A stretch of DNA of 63,585 nucleotides, filler included, from Octopus bimaculoides (taxonomy: Eukaryota), in assembly GCF_001194135.2 (NCBI RefSeq). It is 9 parts of 9 records of this genome, joined end to end, with 100 filler letters (N's around TTAATTAATTAA, not from the genome) between each part and the next. Parts side by side here need not be neighbours in the genome. Positions count along the whole stretch, not along the records: positions 60,246 to 63,585 come from NC_068988.1; 8 more parts are not named here. One strand, given 5' to 3'. Position numbers and translations under genes: made by a program. The notes below the pieces were generated by a model. That model made no database searches and was not told the DNA's origin. It saw nothing but the letters and a program-made list of their open reading frames with translations. Positions 62,373-63,585 of this stretch are shown here, in pieces (position 1 is the first letter of the stretch; each line of letters opens with the position of its first letter).

Positions 62373-63535
62373 TGCTGAGCACACATATTGATGTAAATAT
62401 GTACATATAATTTTGCATGCTAAAATTAGTAACACTACATGATGAGGATTACAAAATGGCTGAATATCATGTGGAAAAACTAAATCTATGCCCACTTCTT
62501 GCACTTCCTGACTCTATGCTTTATATNNNNNNNNNNNNNNNNNNNNNNNNNNNNNNNNNNNNNNNNNNNNNNNNNNNNNNNNNNNNNNNNNNNNNNNNNN
62601 NNNNNNNNNNNNNNNNNNNNNNNNNNNNNNNNNNNNNNATATATATATACGTATATATATCGTTAATCAAATATATTCAATGAGAATACAGTATACTGAA
62701 TTTTGAATAAGTGCTCTTGGTAGGGAAATGTCTAAAACCTAAAAGGTATTTAGAGATTTAATAAGAGCAATGATATATTATAAAGTAAGAGCAGGAAAAA
62801 TTACATCAAAAAATCACATAAGATATACATCAATAATATAAATAATATTGTATTAATAGATAAATATATAAAGTATGATTATTTAAAAGGTCTGAGATAT
62901 TTTACGATCGTTTCATGAATGTATTACCCATCAAAATGAAATCCTAAATTGATAATCATTATGAGGTAGTACATCCACTTGTCAGAGAAAAGGATGAATT
63001 TCCATGTAGTCAATCGAATGAGAGAGATGCTATTTAAAAATGTATGATAAAGATGTTGTTCAAAAAAGTTACGGGTATAGATGTGCATTGGTCCAAACTT
63101 AGGCTAAAAATTTTGGAAATAATATAAATCCATGGTAAAATCATATGTAGTAGTCCATAATGGTTGTGTGTAAATAGAAGACCCATATATATATATATAT
63201 ATATTAATGTGAGTTTGGAGGGATGTATCATCTGGGCAGATACCGTGGTGGCTCTCACTTATGTTCCAGGTTACGGCTAACCACATCGATTAGCATTTAA
63301 CATCTATGACTACTATTAGTTGTCATTCAAACTGTAAATTCCTCTGATGGGTAAGCTGCACCTGAAGAAACTGCACTGAAAATCATGCTAGGCTGCATCT
63401 ACAACTGCCCATAATCTGTGCAGGGGAAACACGTGCAAGTCTTATTGACAATAAAAATATGCTGTATGAAATTGTAAAATAAGAAGAAATAAATTTTGAG
63501 GATGAACAAGTGTTCTATATCATTATAATTATTGC

Positions 63536-63585
<50 letters not shown>

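Overview
Repeat-dense, AT-rich animal intergenic or intronic DNA, with about 10% N gaps. The SINE families, very high microsatellite load and gap style suggest a draft octopus (coleoid cephalopod) assembly; this is an inference. I found no host protein-coding gene, structural RNA gene or CRISPR array, and most ORFs in the supplied track are translated microsatellites or N runs. The window contains many tRNA-derived SINEs in at least four families, plus fragments of RTE, Tx1/L1, R4/Dong-type, CR1-like and Penelope-like (PLE) retroelements. It also has a probable solo LTR, Tc1/mariner fragments and a MITE, and Helitron pieces. Observations most worth follow-up: (1) four CTCF-like 15-mers at an exact 32-bp period with diverged spacers (44887-44997); (2) PLE-type minimal hammerhead ribozyme motifs, one with an intact core (58265-58300) and several sharing a non-canonical CCGANGA core; (3) a 131-bp palindrome made of two back-to-back hammerhead-like units; (4) an open 197-aa mariner N-terminal half ending in a 15-bp triplication. 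All calls come from reading and translating by eye, with no database search or folding program, so repeat boundaries are approximate (tens of bp).
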